64,000 nt of DNA from Callorhinchus milii (lineage: Eukaryota). Both the position numbers and the translations under genes were made by a program. The notes beneath the pieces are model-generated. The model was not told the DNA's origin and ran no database searches. It was given only the letters and a program-made list of their open reading frames with translations. Below are positions 24,269-36,889 of the stretch, piece by piece (the stretch's first letter is position 1; each line of letters starts with the position of its first letter). The DNA lies in contig NW_024704743.1 in NCBI RefSeq assembly GCF_018977255.1, positions 88,662,001 through 88,726,000 on the forward strand. Direction: 5' to 3'.

Positions 24269-24591
24269 TGGAGTCCTGTAGCTCAGTGGTTAGAGCACTC
24301 GCTTTGCAAGTGAGAGACCTGAGTTCAATTCCAGGCAGGGCGAAACCTTGGGCAAGTTTCCTTACTCCACACGCCTAATAATAATCCCTCCAAAAAACCA
24401 AAAACAATAATTAAATTGGTCATTTTCAATCTACGACTGTTTGTGGGACATTGCTGTGCGCAATTGGCTGCCGCGTTCGCCCACAAATATACAGTCAATT
24501 CACTTTACAGTGTGTTCTGTGAAGCGCTTTGGGACGTCCTCCTGACGTGAAAAGCGCTATATCAAATGCAAGGATTATTATTATTATTATT
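24269..24591 (+). mobile_element. SINE family A, short form, full-length reference copy, inserted into a family B remnant
   Basis: A box TAGCTCAGTGG; anticodon arm CTCGC-TTTGCAA-GTGAG (Ala TGC-like); B box AGTTCAATTCC; CORE-like and Deu-like segments; L2-type tail GGGACGTCCTCCTGACGTGAAAAGCGC; (TTA)n. Host GGGATCTTTAA|CATCC is split. Confidence 0.95.
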
Positions 24592-26074
24592 AACATCCAT
24601 CTAAACTGCTTGGTTTAATGTCTCACTGGGCTAACTTGGGAATCAGAATGGAGAATCTGCTTGTCTTGTGCTCCTTTTGTCAATGTCCCAGTGACTCAAT
24701 AGGATGTGGTGGACCTATCTATGGAGATCCAGCATTTAACATATTGATGACTACTGCAGAAGAGCGTTATTATTCTACAGCACAGTAAACAATTTTAAAC
24801 AAAGGACATTATTATATGTGAGGAAACTCTAACATTTAATATTGTTGCATCTGCATATGGTAGAGGACATTATGGAGATCATTACACTGATATTGATTTC
24901 CTACTAGATAGCGGACATTATTCATATCACTTACCCGACTGAGAAGCTGACTCTGTTGTTAAAGTGCTTTGTTAACTCCCTGGAGCTTGAAAGGTTGGGT
25001 TGTCACCTTCTTTAGTTGTGAGACATTTTCTGAGATGCCCTGCTGTCATCTGGTGTTGATTTATGTTTATGTTGTGCTACAGTTTAGCTTTTCAGGCCTC
25101 TCCAAGTCACTCGATTGTTTTTTGCAGCCCTCTGCAGTGCTGAGTACTTTGGCATATTTGTTTCTTTCTGACAATGATGGTCCTCTGTTGTTAGTAATAA
25201 TGCCAGGCCAAGCAAATCATACTTCATTCTTTTGCTCTATGTACATAACATCCCATCTCACATATATTTAGTCTTCTGCTGCATTTATCACCCTTTGCGG
25301 CACAACAATAATAATAATAATCCTTGCATTTGATAATCCTTTCATGTCGGGAGGACTTCTCAAAGGTCTTCACAAGATATAGTGTATGTCACACAAGGAA
25401 TTGAATAGCTTCCACTTTAAAAAAATGTTAAATTGGTAAATGCAAAATTTTAAGTTATGTCAAATTGAATAGCTCATCCTATAACAAAAAGAAAAATTTG
25501 TTATGGTCAGTTGGACTGTTTGCATTTACAAGAAAGCTGCCAGAATTTTTTTTTGCCCTTATGTCCTTATAGGCATTATTTACTTGTTTTTAAATAAGTG
25601 ATAATACATAACAATATACAATAATTTAATTGTGTGTTGTTACAATTGCCTCGACCTCTGGAATGAATACAAGACATTAACCACATTTTCTGGACTAAAG
25701 GTGAAAACACATGCCACTTTTAAGAAATGAAAAGATGGATGACCAAGCCATGTAAAAAGCCACACATCATTTGATGTCTTTGTAAACTCATTATATGCTT
25801 TGGCATATAAGTAGCTAATAAGACAGCACCAAGTGATCCAACAGTTAACAATTCCTTTAGAGGTAAATGTTAATAAAATTGCTGGGTGATATGTGTGAGA
25901 CCCTCAATATAATGTGATAAAACAAAAATAGATTGATAGAAATTAGAATAGTAAATGCAATCCGGAGATGCTGAAATATTAATTGGAGTTGATTTGCACA
26001 TAAACTATGCACCAGGTTATTTCGCTATTAATGATTGTAGAAAACATTATCGATTAAATATAATTTATTATCCT

Positions 26075-26435
26075 TCCAGTCTCAGCCACCTCATCTCTGG
26101 GACCTCCGACTGCCTCAGCTGCTCCCTCCGCTCACGAAACACCGACCTGCTTCATGGCCCCCACCTGATCTGCTCCAGTATCGGTGGGAAAGCTTTCAAA
26201 CATTCTGCCTCTGCTATCTGGAGCTCCATCCCAGAGTACTTACATCTCGACCCTCTCCCAATTCCGCCTACAAAACCCAACTTGAAAATAAGCTCTTCGA
26301 CCATGCTTTTTGGCCACTGTTCCATTCCCTGTCCCAGCCCCCTTCTCCTGAGCTTGGATTCCCAATCAGCCCTTTGAGATATCCACCTGACATGGGAGGC
26401 ACTATAGAAATATAAATTGCAGTTCTTTTTGTTGC
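26075..26435 (+). mobile_element. Old L2 3' end
   Basis: Encodes SLRS...SSIGGKAFKHSASAIWSSIP, followed by a tail. Confidence 0.8.
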
Positions 26436-27610
26436 ATTAACATTCTTAAAACTAAGGGTGCAATAGCCATAAACACCAGCTGTTCAGTTGGGACTAACAC
26501 TAAGAGAACTCCAGCTCCTGCCAGTTTAATAATGAACTCACAATAAGTGAGTGTGACTGAGACTACAGTACATTGGTTATTCATATCACTGCAAGATTAA
26601 TATGGCCACAGCAATATTCATCAATACATTTTAATTTTTTTAGAATCCAATCCAAGCATCATTGCTAGAGAAAGTTGGCTTGCAACATATTGATTTTGTA
26701 TATTTTATATTAAAACTAAGTTAACCAATCATAGGTGTGTTGAAAAGGAAAATAGTTACTCCATGTCAGATCTTTTAATGCCCTTTACTTAGATTGAAAT
26801 CTATTACAAAGCTTCATTCAAAAATAACTCTCAAGTCAGCTGCGGAACACAGTGATCAATGGGCGATTCATTCTGAGTTCACAATATTTGTTTGAAGTTG
26901 CATTTAAAGGAACACACAGATTTTAACATTACCTCACCATATATGTGTGCTGTCAAATTTCACTTGTATTTTACCTCTAATAAGAGGATTCACGTAGGTT
27001 AGGCCTGTGTGTTTGAGTAGTAATGCTTGGAAATTTACAAAAGCTGAAGGTGACAAACTGAATACTTCAGAAACGATACTGATAAGTAAGGCATGTTTTG
27101 GTTTTGAAATCCGGGATGTAACTGAGACCTAAGTATCTGGCATATCCAACGTTTTTTCAAAGAAATGATTTTTCATTCATCCGCTCAGCTCTTAACTTAA
27201 ACAAAGTGATAATATGGCCTTTGAAGCATCAGGAAATGGGAGCACATAGATGCTGTCTAAAGGAGTGATTGTTTATTATTGGTCTTGTTCCGTGCATAGC
27301 GTTGACTGTTACACTCTAATTCACAGCTGCCCTTTCTGTGCACATTGTATCAAGCAGTAAATTAAACTGTCAGCTCCGAGTGCCCCCAAAATTTCTCAGT
27401 TAACAGTGGTTCAAGTACCAGCTTCAAATACCAACACCTCACATTACAATTTAAAAATAATTCATCTATTCAGATAGAAAATTGGTTGCAGGAATGTAAA
27501 TTAGAAACCTTGGTTAACTTTCTCATTATTAAATCGTTCTACCTTTCTGACATTGATTCTAAATCAAGGAATTAAGTTACAACACAGAAATGGTCCATTC
27601 AGCCCACCCA

Positions 27611-27790
27611 TGGGGAGGAATACCATGTGGGTGAAGATTTACTCTATTTTCTTTGTATTTTGGAGTGTCCAGAATTTGGCACATTTGGCACATGCAGCCT
27701 GGATTTTGAAGCTTATTTTCTGTAAATTCTTCTAAATTAAGATTGAATTTAACAATTTATCAACTTTATACGCTTTTGGAATTTCTCTTC
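27611..27790 (+). mobile_element. Degenerate copy of the TIR/MITE family
   Basis: TGGGGAGGAATACCATGTGGGTGAAGATTTACTCTA...CAGAATTTGGCA...GATTTTGAAGCT. Confidence 0.5.
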
Positions 27791-27895
27791 ACAAGTCTAC
27801 ACTTTTTTCTATACGGGTCATCTTTTAATCTAATTTGCAGTATTCCGTAGTAGATTCTGTAATAAGAAATGCGAAGTAATGGAATTTCTTAAACA

Positions 27896-28100
27896 TTATG
27901 GGGTAAGATTCCATCTGGGTCTAGGTTTACTCTAATAATGTAACATTTACGAATTTAGGAAATACCCTCTTAATTTCTAAAAACTATAGAAAAACGACTT
28001 CAAAGTTTAGACTGAATTCAGCAATTTGCCAAATTCTGAATGCTCTAAAATGCTACATTAATAGTGTAAATCTAGATCTTTGTGGAATGTTGCCCCATAA
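27896..28100. mobile_element. MITE-like non-autonomous DNA transposon, ~55-bp imperfect TIRs
   Basis: Left end TTATGGGGTAAGATTCCATCTGGGTCTAGGTTTACTCTAATAATGTAACATTT; reverse complement of right end TTATGGGGCAACATTCCACAAAGATCTAGATTTACACTATTAATGTAGCATTT. Confidence 0.75.
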
Positions 28101-28759
28101 ATTTGCTGAAGATTGCAATATTTCTAAAATGTTATTGAATGCATTTTTCAGGAACTTCACTATTTAAGAGATTCAATAATTACACATTTATTCTTGAGAA
28201 ATACTGCAAATTAAACCCCTACCCTCTAGAGTAAAAGCACAATGATTAATGATTGACTCTGTGCCTCAATACAATGCCAGCATGTTACTTAAAGACTAAA
28301 GGCCAAATCAACGGCAGGAAGTTTTAAAGACATTGAATGGTTGACAAACTCTATGTAAAGTTCGAAACCTGATGGTCTGCAGAAATAAGGGAATAACCTT
28401 CACCTTTCTTAGCTCAAATTAAAATCATTGAAAACAAACTGTTTAAAAGGTATACACAGGAACAATTATCTTTCAAGGAAAATTATGAAATACGTCAGTG
28501 ACATTTTTGAATATAAACAAGAATCAAAAGTGTAAAAAATGGAAAGTTTTGTTTAGTAAGTCAAATCTCTCACATGTTGAATTGTATACCATCTTTTATT
28601 ACCAATGACATATATCTTGTAGGGTTACCCTAACCCTAACCCATATGATCACTTAAACTCTTACCAAAGACTCCAAACATAGGAACAAAGGAGAAGGAAT
28701 AGGCCGTTCGGTCTAACAAATAATCACTGACATTTTAATTCACCTTGTCCTTAGAGAAG

Positions 28760-28972
28760 ATAATAATAATAATAATCCTTGCATTTGATATAGCGCTTTT
28801 TACGTCTTCTAGACGTCCCAAAGCGCTTCACAGAATGTACTGTAAAGTGAATTGACTGTATATTTGTGGGCGAACGCGACAGCCAATTGCGCACAGCAGT
28901 GTCCCACAAACAGTCATCGATTGAAAATGACTAATTTATTATTGTTTTGTTTTTTGGAGGGATTATTATTAG
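28760..28972 (-). mobile_element. SINE family A, 3' part
   Basis: Reverse complement of the linker, Deu-like segment and tail. Confidence 0.92.
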
Positions 28973-28999
28973 CCAGCTGAATCATAACTTGGACTCTTC

Positions 29000-29310
29000 A
29001 ATGTAGTATTGGGAGTGTGTTGCATTATTGTCCTTCAGATGAACTGATAAACCGAGGTCCCGTCTGATTGTTCTGATGGACGTTAAAGATCGAATGGTGA
29101 TATTGAAAGAGGCAAATAAAATTGGTCATTCACTTCATGGCTGTTTGTGGGACATTGCTGTTTGCCACAAACTGGCTGCTGCGATTCGCCCACAAAACAC
29201 AGTCAAAACAATTTTACCGTATATCCTGTGAAGCGCTTTGAGACGTCTCAACGAAGGCACAATATCAAATTCAAATCAAATTCAAGAATTAAGAATTATT
29301 ATTATTATTA
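29000..29310 (+). mobile_element. SINE family B remnant
   Basis: GTGTTGCATTATTGTCCTTCAGATGA...AAACCGAGGTCCCGTCTG...GGACGTTAAAGATC, then the Deu segment and tail. Confidence 0.75.
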
Positions 29311-30199
29311 TAATCTGCTCCACCTCCTTATGTTACTGAATTAATTACAAGTTTGATAACGTTGAGGTACTGGTATCAGGAGTGTTAGGTTCAATCCCAG
29401 ATTAGTTTGCAAATTTTTTGGCAAATTATTGCTAAAAGCACATGGATTGGTTGCTAAAACATGCAGCGTAAACCTTGTACAAGTAAATAGTCGGGCTTGA
29501 TAAGTTATAAAAGTGTTTAGGAAATTCATGCCTTAGTCACGGAGGAGATGGTAATCTGTTTAGGTTTGTACTCTGCACTTCAATCAACATTAATATTAAT
29601 GTGTTTAATTCAAGTCTAATAACCCTGGGAAGGGTTGGGTCATGGTCATGATTTGAATGAAGTAACTAGATGATAGTGCTGGCAGTCTGAAATAGCTACC
29701 TGGCAGAATGTATCAGGAGCTGAGGCCACAATTGTGATAAGCACAAACATTTAAAGGAGACTAATTTTTATTAATGAGATCATTTGTAGACAGTTCACAC
29801 TTTCTTTTCTTGATGTTTCATGGCATTTTTACTATTGCTGTTGTCAATTGTCACACTGCAATCCCATTTATGGTCTTCATGGATTGTTTAACGTGGTAAC
29901 GAGTTTTAATAATCCTTTGATATAGTGAGTTACTTTGAGGTCCAGTGACTGTTGTGTAGACAAACCCAGCAGCTAAGCTGTGTCAGCCATGGCAAACAAA
30001 CAGCAGTGGAGATCAAATGGGCCAAAAGGTCTTCTTCATACAGCTCTCTCTTGCGATCTTGAGAATGACCAATAAACATGTTATTTTTATGCATTTGGAT
30101 GAGGTAAGAGATCATGATGCTGGGACATCTCTCTGCTTGTGTTTAAAATATGACCATGGGATCTTGAAAGTCAACTGAAAACAGACATCTTAGTGGGGA

Positions 30200-30545
30200 C
30201 ATTATAGAGATACATAAAATTTAAAATTGAGAAAGTAAACCCAGAACATACATTTGGATGCACCAAGACAGACAAGAGGATAGAGGTTTGGGGTTGCAAT
30301 CAAGCATATAAAACTTGTGTGCAAAGGGCACTTTCAGGACAGATACTAAGGAGTATTTTTTATCCACTGGGTAATTACCAATTGGAACACATTACCAGGA
30401 AGGTTGTTAACGGCAGGATACTGGACTCATTGAAAAAACATCTTGATGTTGTGATGGGGGAATGGTTGGGTGAGTATTCTGAAAAGTGGAGACCAAATGG
30501 GCCACAATGTCTTCTTCATATAGCTCTCTCTTGTGATCCTGTGAA
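30200..30545 (+). mobile_element. Degenerate CR1 3' end (a second copy of the same 3' end at 30017-30063)
   Basis: TTATAGAGATACATAAAATT, GACAGATACTAAGGAGTATTTTTT, AAATGGGCCA..GTCTTCTTCATA..GCTCTCTCTTG. Confidence 0.65.
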
Positions 30546-31397
30546 TAGATCTTGGTTTGAATATCTTATGATAAGGAAGCCACCTCCAATAATATAACAT
30601 CATCATGGCAGGATGGCCATGTGGAAAGGCAGACTAGATTATGAGCTCATTTTTTGTGCAGGGGTTCCAAACCACAATCTTGGGACCCAGACACAAGAAT
30701 GCTACCAACTGCGCTAAACTTTAAATTATTTTACCATACAAGTAATATGACATCATTGAGGAGTTTTACTTTTTATTTATTAATAACAACTTGTTTTCTG
30801 TTTTCAATGCAATATATTACAAAATATGAAGGGTTCTTGTAAGATAAAAAAAGTTGAGTTGATAGTTTCACCCACAACAATTCACTTTATAGTATATTCT
30901 GTGAAGCGCTTTGAGACTTCTCAAAGACGTGATAGGGCACCATATCAAATGCAAGGATTATTATTATTATATAAATTGCATGTGTAATCTCTCTTTAATA
31001 GTCAGAATTGGTTAAACTTGGATGGGGAGGGTGACTTCCTTCATTCAAAGAAATGGAGTAAAACTACCATTTCCTGGTCTTGTGCATTTTGTATTTACTG
31101 ACTCAGGTTACAATGGTAAATGTATTACATTTTATTTTTGGTGCTCTATTGGTTTCACCACTCAATAGAACTACAGGAATCAGACAGTGAAATCAATTCC
31201 AGCAATGAAACAAGTGCAGAGAGTGCATTGATGTGAGTATTCAGTGTGAGGGAGGTAATTTATATGGACTGTTTCTTGTACTTAACATAAGTTGATTATT
31301 TTATTCCAGGGATATTTTGTGCTATTGGCATGGAACATTGTCTTATTGAACCATGAATTTAAATCAGTTTTAATAAAGGATCAAACGTAAACCAAAT

Positions 31398-31660
31398 TGT
31401 GAGTTCAATTCCAGGCAGGGCGAAATCTTGGGCAAGTTTCCTTACTCCACACACCTATAATAATCCCTCCAAAACCCCAAACAATAATAAATTGGTCATT
31501 TTCAATCTACGACTATTTGTGGGACATTGCTGTCCGCAATTGGCTGCCGCGTTCGCCAATATACAGTCAATTCACTTTACAGTGTGTTCTGTGAAGCGCT
31601 TTAGGATGTCCTCCCGACTTGAAAAGCGTTATATCAAATGCAAGGATTATTATTATTATT
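31398..31660 (+). mobile_element. SINE family A, short form, 5'-truncated at the B box
   Basis: Aligns with ~24320-24591. Confidence 0.92.
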
Positions 31661-31974
31661 AAATTAATCGGAGACTCTCCTTTTCCAAAAGAGTATATGA
31701 GTGATTATCTTTGAGAAATTATTGCAATCAAGCATAAAAAACTTGTGTGTTATTTAATTGAACATTGTCCATTGGTTATGTATGATTCACCAAGCAAGAA
31801 CAGGTAACTGACCTTTTTATCTTAGCTTTATCTTTGTCCTTTGCAGAGTCTGTTTGAAAGAATGTGCATCTCGTGATTATCTCTTGAAATTTGGAAAACA
31901 TTCAACATGTGAGAGTGGCTCAATGGAAGCCCCTCCTCACCGCTGCAGCACTATGCCTGCCAATATGACTGAGT

Positions 31975-32185
31975 TTAAGACCTAAAAGAGAAGGAAGTTT
32001 CTCCCGGAGTCCTGGTTAACAAAATCCCCAGATAAAATTGATCATTCACTTCATAGATGTTTGGAGATCATTGCTGTGCACAAATTGGCTGCAGCTTCAC
32101 ATATAAAGTCTCTTTACATTATTGTGAAGTGTTTTGAGACGTTTCGACAATGTGATAAGGCGCTACATCAAATGTAAGAAGTATT
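31975..32185 (+). mobile_element. SINE family B, 3' half
   Basis: GAAGGAAGTTTCTCCCGGAGTCCTGG...CATTGCTGTGCACAAATTGGCTGC, then tail. Confidence 0.75.
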
Positions 32186-32551
32186 CAATGTAAGATTTTT
32201 TTAATTATGAGCATCAGACCTATAGCTGAAGCTGCAAAGACCATTTTGAATCTGCTCCTACAATAATTTTGCAACCTGCAAATAGAGCAGTCATTTGGCT
32301 CTTCAGACATGAAAGTGAATAATTCAAAACTGGGAAGGATTTGCTATTCCTTCTCATGATATTTGGGAATTTCTATATAAAGGAATAAAGCAGTTTAATA
32401 TTTTTTTTGGTAAGATCAACCCACGCAGAAAGGAGAACCATATTTTTATTCATATTGCTTGTTTCTGACAGATCAGGTCAGAAATTAGGCTTGAAATTCA
32501 ACCTAGTCTTAACCTATAAAACCACTTTATCTTAAAATGTAATATAATATT

Positions 32552-32970
32552 ATAATAATAATTCTTGCATTTCATATAGCGCCTTGTCATGTCGCCGAGA
32601 TGTCTCAAAGCGCTTCACAGGATATATTGTAAAGTATTTTGGGGATGAAACCCGGCAGCTAGTTGCGCACAGCAATGGTCAACAAACAGCCGTGAAGTGA
32701 ATGACTAATTTTATTTGGGGATTCGTTGGTCAGGACACTGGGAGAAACTCCCTTCTCTTTTTGAATAGTGTCATGGGATCTTTAATATCAACCTAAGCAG
32801 ATAGATAGGACCTCGGTTTAACATCTCATCCAAAGGTTGACACCTCTAACAATGCAACACCCCCCACAGTATAGGAATTAGACTATGTGATTCTAAGACC
32901 TGACGTGAGGCTTGAACCCACAATCTTCTGACTCAGAGGCGAGCATGCTACCACTGAGCCACGCTGACAC
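32552..32970 (-). mobile_element. SINE family B (SacSINE1/DeuSINE-like), full-length reference copy
   Basis: Reverse complement begins GTGTCAGCGTGGCTCAGTGGTAGCATGCTCGCCTCTGAGTCAGAAGATTGTGGGTTCAAGCC (A and B boxes), then a Deu-like domain, an L2-type tail and (TTA)n. Confidence 0.9.
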
Positions 32971-33859
32971 ACATTGTGTAGAACTGGGGAAGATTCTTAT
33001 ATTCAGTCTTGATTTGAAACCCAGTTTTCTTCATTTGTTAAAAGAGAATCAGCTTACAAATTTAAACTGAATTTACGCAATCTACCCAATCTTAAATTTT
33101 AAAGCAAAATGCTTACAGGCTTAGACTAGGTGGAACTGTGGGACTCCTGAGTTGTAATAATTGAATTTGAACAGCAAATGTACTTTTGAAACTATTGATA
33201 TTTTGTCCACTTTGTCTCACCTTGTGTCACACATCACATATCACACAGGAAGGCAAACTGACAACCTAATCTGAGACACTTGTCAATGCCTCATTGTATT
33301 AGCTTTCCAAAGATATATAGGAGTCATCCAGGGTGACTGCCCTTCCAATGCTGCTTCTCTTTGTGTGGAGAGCACCTAGCATTGACTCAATGACACCACT
33401 GAAATCAAAGTTGGGCATCACCAGTTGTAGGAATGTAGGGGAGAACCACTCTGACAATCTCTAACCCAATGTGACCCCTTGCCCTTTGTTTACTTCACAC
33501 ACATGTGTGTCATGTTTGATTTTAATGAATAATGTTGAACTATGTTCGTACACATTGATTGAATAACTAATAATCCGACAAATATGCAACAAGCAGATGT
33601 TGGTTTCATGAAATAAACGTGGGGTTTAAAATGCAGGATTTCACTGCCCACAAGTTTTGGCATGATGTAGTTCTAGTTACTGGTAGGAATCCTTGATTTG
33701 TGGGACAGGTAAAAAATATTGCAAATTATTTCTCACTTTCTTGTGTTTTGACAATTTTTATTTAATCATGGTCAGGCTCCCTTCGACTGACGTTACCGGA
33801 AACATGGAGCAGGACTGGTTTCGAATGGCAGCTAGCTTCTTCTTAACATACCAGAGGTG

Positions 33860-34080
33860 AAGAAAAGAGAAGGCAGTTTCTGCTGGTGTCCTGTCCAACA
33901 ATATCCCAGATACAAATTGATACCTCGCTGTATGGCTGTTTGTAGGCCATTGCTGCACAAACATTAGTTGCTGTGTTCACCCACAAAAATACATTGTCCA
34001 ACAAACAACCTTTACAGTAACATTACAAGGAATCCTTTTGGAGTGCCCTGAGTGGTCCTCTCACCATGAAAGGCGCAAGG
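33860..34080 (+). mobile_element. SINE family B, 3' remnant
   Basis: GGTGTCCTGTCCAACAATATCCCAGAT...GGCTGTTTGTAGGCCATTGCTG. Confidence 0.65.
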
Positions 34081-34534
34081 GTTAGTATTCGTATATGATA
34101 TGTTTTGGAAGGAAGATGAAGCTGTCATAGACTTCTGCTGGGTTACATATCTGCTTCTGGAATGGGTGGGTATTGAGTTCAAATTCATCCCTGATCACAT
34201 GGAGGATTCCTATGGCATGGAACAGCACAATCGCTGGTGAATTCTCTTGTCCATTAGCAAAGCAATTCAATTTAATCAAATAGAAATTAATCAACCTCTG
34301 AATTGATAATGGCAGCAAGAGGGAGAGATCCTGAACATAGCATTCTAGCTTTGTGGAGACCTGAGCATAAACTATTGAGGTTCACTTGAAGCTTGAATTT
34401 GAACTCTGACCATCTGACTGCTAGGCTGCACTGCAACCAAAAATTTTAAATTACTATTTGCAATCAACAAAAGAAAGTACATTCTGATAGGTTCATGCTG
34501 CAGTTTGAAAGAAAGAGTAATTATTCCTATCTAT

Positions 34535-34745
34535 CATGTCCTTCACTTGAGATGTTAAACTGAGATACTTTCTACTTGTTTTCATGGACGCTAAATAACC
34601 AATGGCACTATTCAAAAAGAAAAGAGTTTCTTTCAGTTTCCTGGCTAACAAGCACCCAGATAAAACTGGTGATTCACTTCATAGCTGTTTACGAGACATT
34701 GCTGAGTGCAAATTGGCTGCTGTATAGGTCTACAAAATACACAGC
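34535..34745 (+). mobile_element. SINE family B, central remnant
   Basis: GAGATGTTAAACTGAG...TGGACGCTAAA..ATGGCACTATTCAAAAAG...ACATTGCTGAGTGCAAATTGGCTGC. Confidence 0.7.
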
Positions 34746-34749
34746 CATT

Positions 34750-35990
34750 AGAATACATTAGAATATAGAGCACAGAAACAGGCCATTTGCCCTTCCTCAA
34801 CTAAGTCTTCAAACATAATCTTCTATTCCTTTCTGCCTCATGTACCTATCTAGCTTCCCCTTAAATACATCTATGCTATTTGCCTCAACAGCTCAGTGTG
34901 GAAGCATATTCCACGTTCCCACTACTCTCTGTGTAAAGAGATCTCTTCTAACTTCCCTATTTGATCTATTTGTGACTATTTTATAATGATGGACCCTGGT
35001 TTTGATCATCCCACAAATGGAAACATCTTCCCTATGTCTACCCTATCAAAACCTTTCATCATTTTAAAGACCTCTATCAGGTCACCCCTTACCCTCTTCT
35101 TTTCAAGAGAGGAGTCCAAGCATGTTCAGCCTTTTCTGATAGTATAACCTCTCAGTTCTGGGATCATCCTTATGAATCTCTTTTGCACCCTCTCCAGTGC
35201 CTCTACATCCCTTCTATATTGTAGGGACGAGAACTGCACACAGTATTCTAAGTGTGGTCTAACCAAGGTTCTATAGAAGTTTACCATATTATTATAATTT
35301 CCCTGCTTTTCATTTCTATCCCTCTAGAAATGAATCCCAATGCATAGTTTGCCTTTTTTATGGCCTTATTAACCTGGGTTGCTACTTTTAGTGAATTATG
35401 TATGTGTACCCCTAGATCCCTTTGCTCTTCTACCCCATTTAGATTTTTATTTTCCAAGATGTATGTGACTTCCTTATTCCTTCTACCAAAATGTACCATC
35501 TCACACTTTACTACATTGAAATGCACTTGTCATTTAATTGCCCATTCAGCAAGTTTATTAATGTCTTGCTGTAATTTGTTGCAGTCCTCCTCTGTATTAA
35601 CTATNCCCCCAATTTGATGTCATCCCCAAGTTTTGAAATTGTACTGCTGATTCCTGAATCCTAATCATTAATGCATATTATGAACAACAGTGGTCCCAAT
35701 GCTGATCTTTGTGGAACACCACTGCCCACTCCCTGCCAATTTGAGTAGCTACCCTTTACCCCTACTCTCTATTTTCTGTTTTGTAGCCAGCTTGCTATCC
35801 ATTCTGCTATTTTCCCCCTGATTCCATATGCTCTGACCTTATTCATTAGTCTATTATGTGGTACCTTATGGTATAACCTTTTGGAAATAATAATAATAAT
35901 AATCCTTGCATTTGATATAGCGCTTTTCACGTCTTCTCGTGACCATATATTTGTGGGCGAAATCTAAATATATTACATATACCTCTATAT
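34750..35990 (-). mobile_element. CR1-clade LINE, 5'-truncated RT fragment, with a SINE tail inserted at ~35886-35960
   Basis: Encodes HFNVVKCEMVHFGRRN...EQRDLGVHIHNSLKVATQVNKAIKKAN..LGFISRGI; GVPQRSALGPL region near 35690-35720; 3' end at 34750. One ambiguous base at 35606. Confidence 0.92.
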
Positions 35991-36889
35991 TACATCTTTA
36001 AACTTCACAGTAAATCCTGTGAAGCGCTTTGAGACAGCCACCTGACCCGAAAGGTGCTAATCAAATGCAAGTGCAAGGATGATTTTTATTAAACCATTAA
36101 CAAAAGCACATCATATACGTTCTAAAGAGAAAGCTATCTGCTGTTCCATTAGAGACTCATTTATACTTTTAGCGCCTTGGGACGACCTCCCGATGTGAAA
36201 GCCACCATACACATCAGGAGGTTTTTTAGTAAGTGGTGGCAAATTTACGAGTTAACCTGAAAGGCTTTACCCATTCCTGCGAAACCAAACATAGTACATA
36301 AATGTGTTTCATTAATGCTGACATCAGTTTTACATAAAAATGCAATTTTCTAAATACAAAAGCAATTTGACTGTAATGTAATACAACATAATTGTTTTAC
36401 ATTAACAATGACACAACCCATCATTGTAACCCTGAGGAATTTTGAGTACAGTACAGTTCCCAGTGTTGCAGGTTTTAATGAAGCATGCAATTCTTAGGTG
36501 TCATTGTTTGCCAATGAAATTCTGTTTGAACCAAACTCCATTCTCTGCCCACTTGCACTGTAGCTAAAATGGCATCAGAATTGTGAGAGTGACAGGTTGT
36601 TATAAATATTTCATTGCACCTGTTGCTTTGAAAACCTTCGTCTTACATTTCCCCTCAAATTACTGATTTCTTTTTTTTGCTCACCATGCCTAGCTTTCGG
36701 CTAAATTTGGAACATCTCAGCTTATTGGTTCTGTTTACAAGGGAAGAGAAACCATCAATCTGCTGTTCTCCATTCAGTTCTCTACAGGCCCAAAATTCCA
36801 CCACCGTCTTTAGCCTGTAAGACCATTTTGTGTTCAGTTGAAAATCATGCGGGTTTGTGGAATATTCTTAAATTCTGTCATGACTTGAG

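Noticed and set aside
24270..24345. tRNA-Ala(TGC)-like cloverleaf (also at 17082, 18101, 20068, 21540-21612, 51165-51234)
   Set aside because: No proper acceptor stem, and always followed by the same SINE body; these are SINE heads, not tRNA genes.
24929..24979. Minus-strand GTAAGT donors with short open upstream frames (also near 41064 and 51644)
   Set aside because: Acceptors are weak or SINE-derived, or all frames contain stops; the peptides are unrecognised; this many hexamers is expected by chance.
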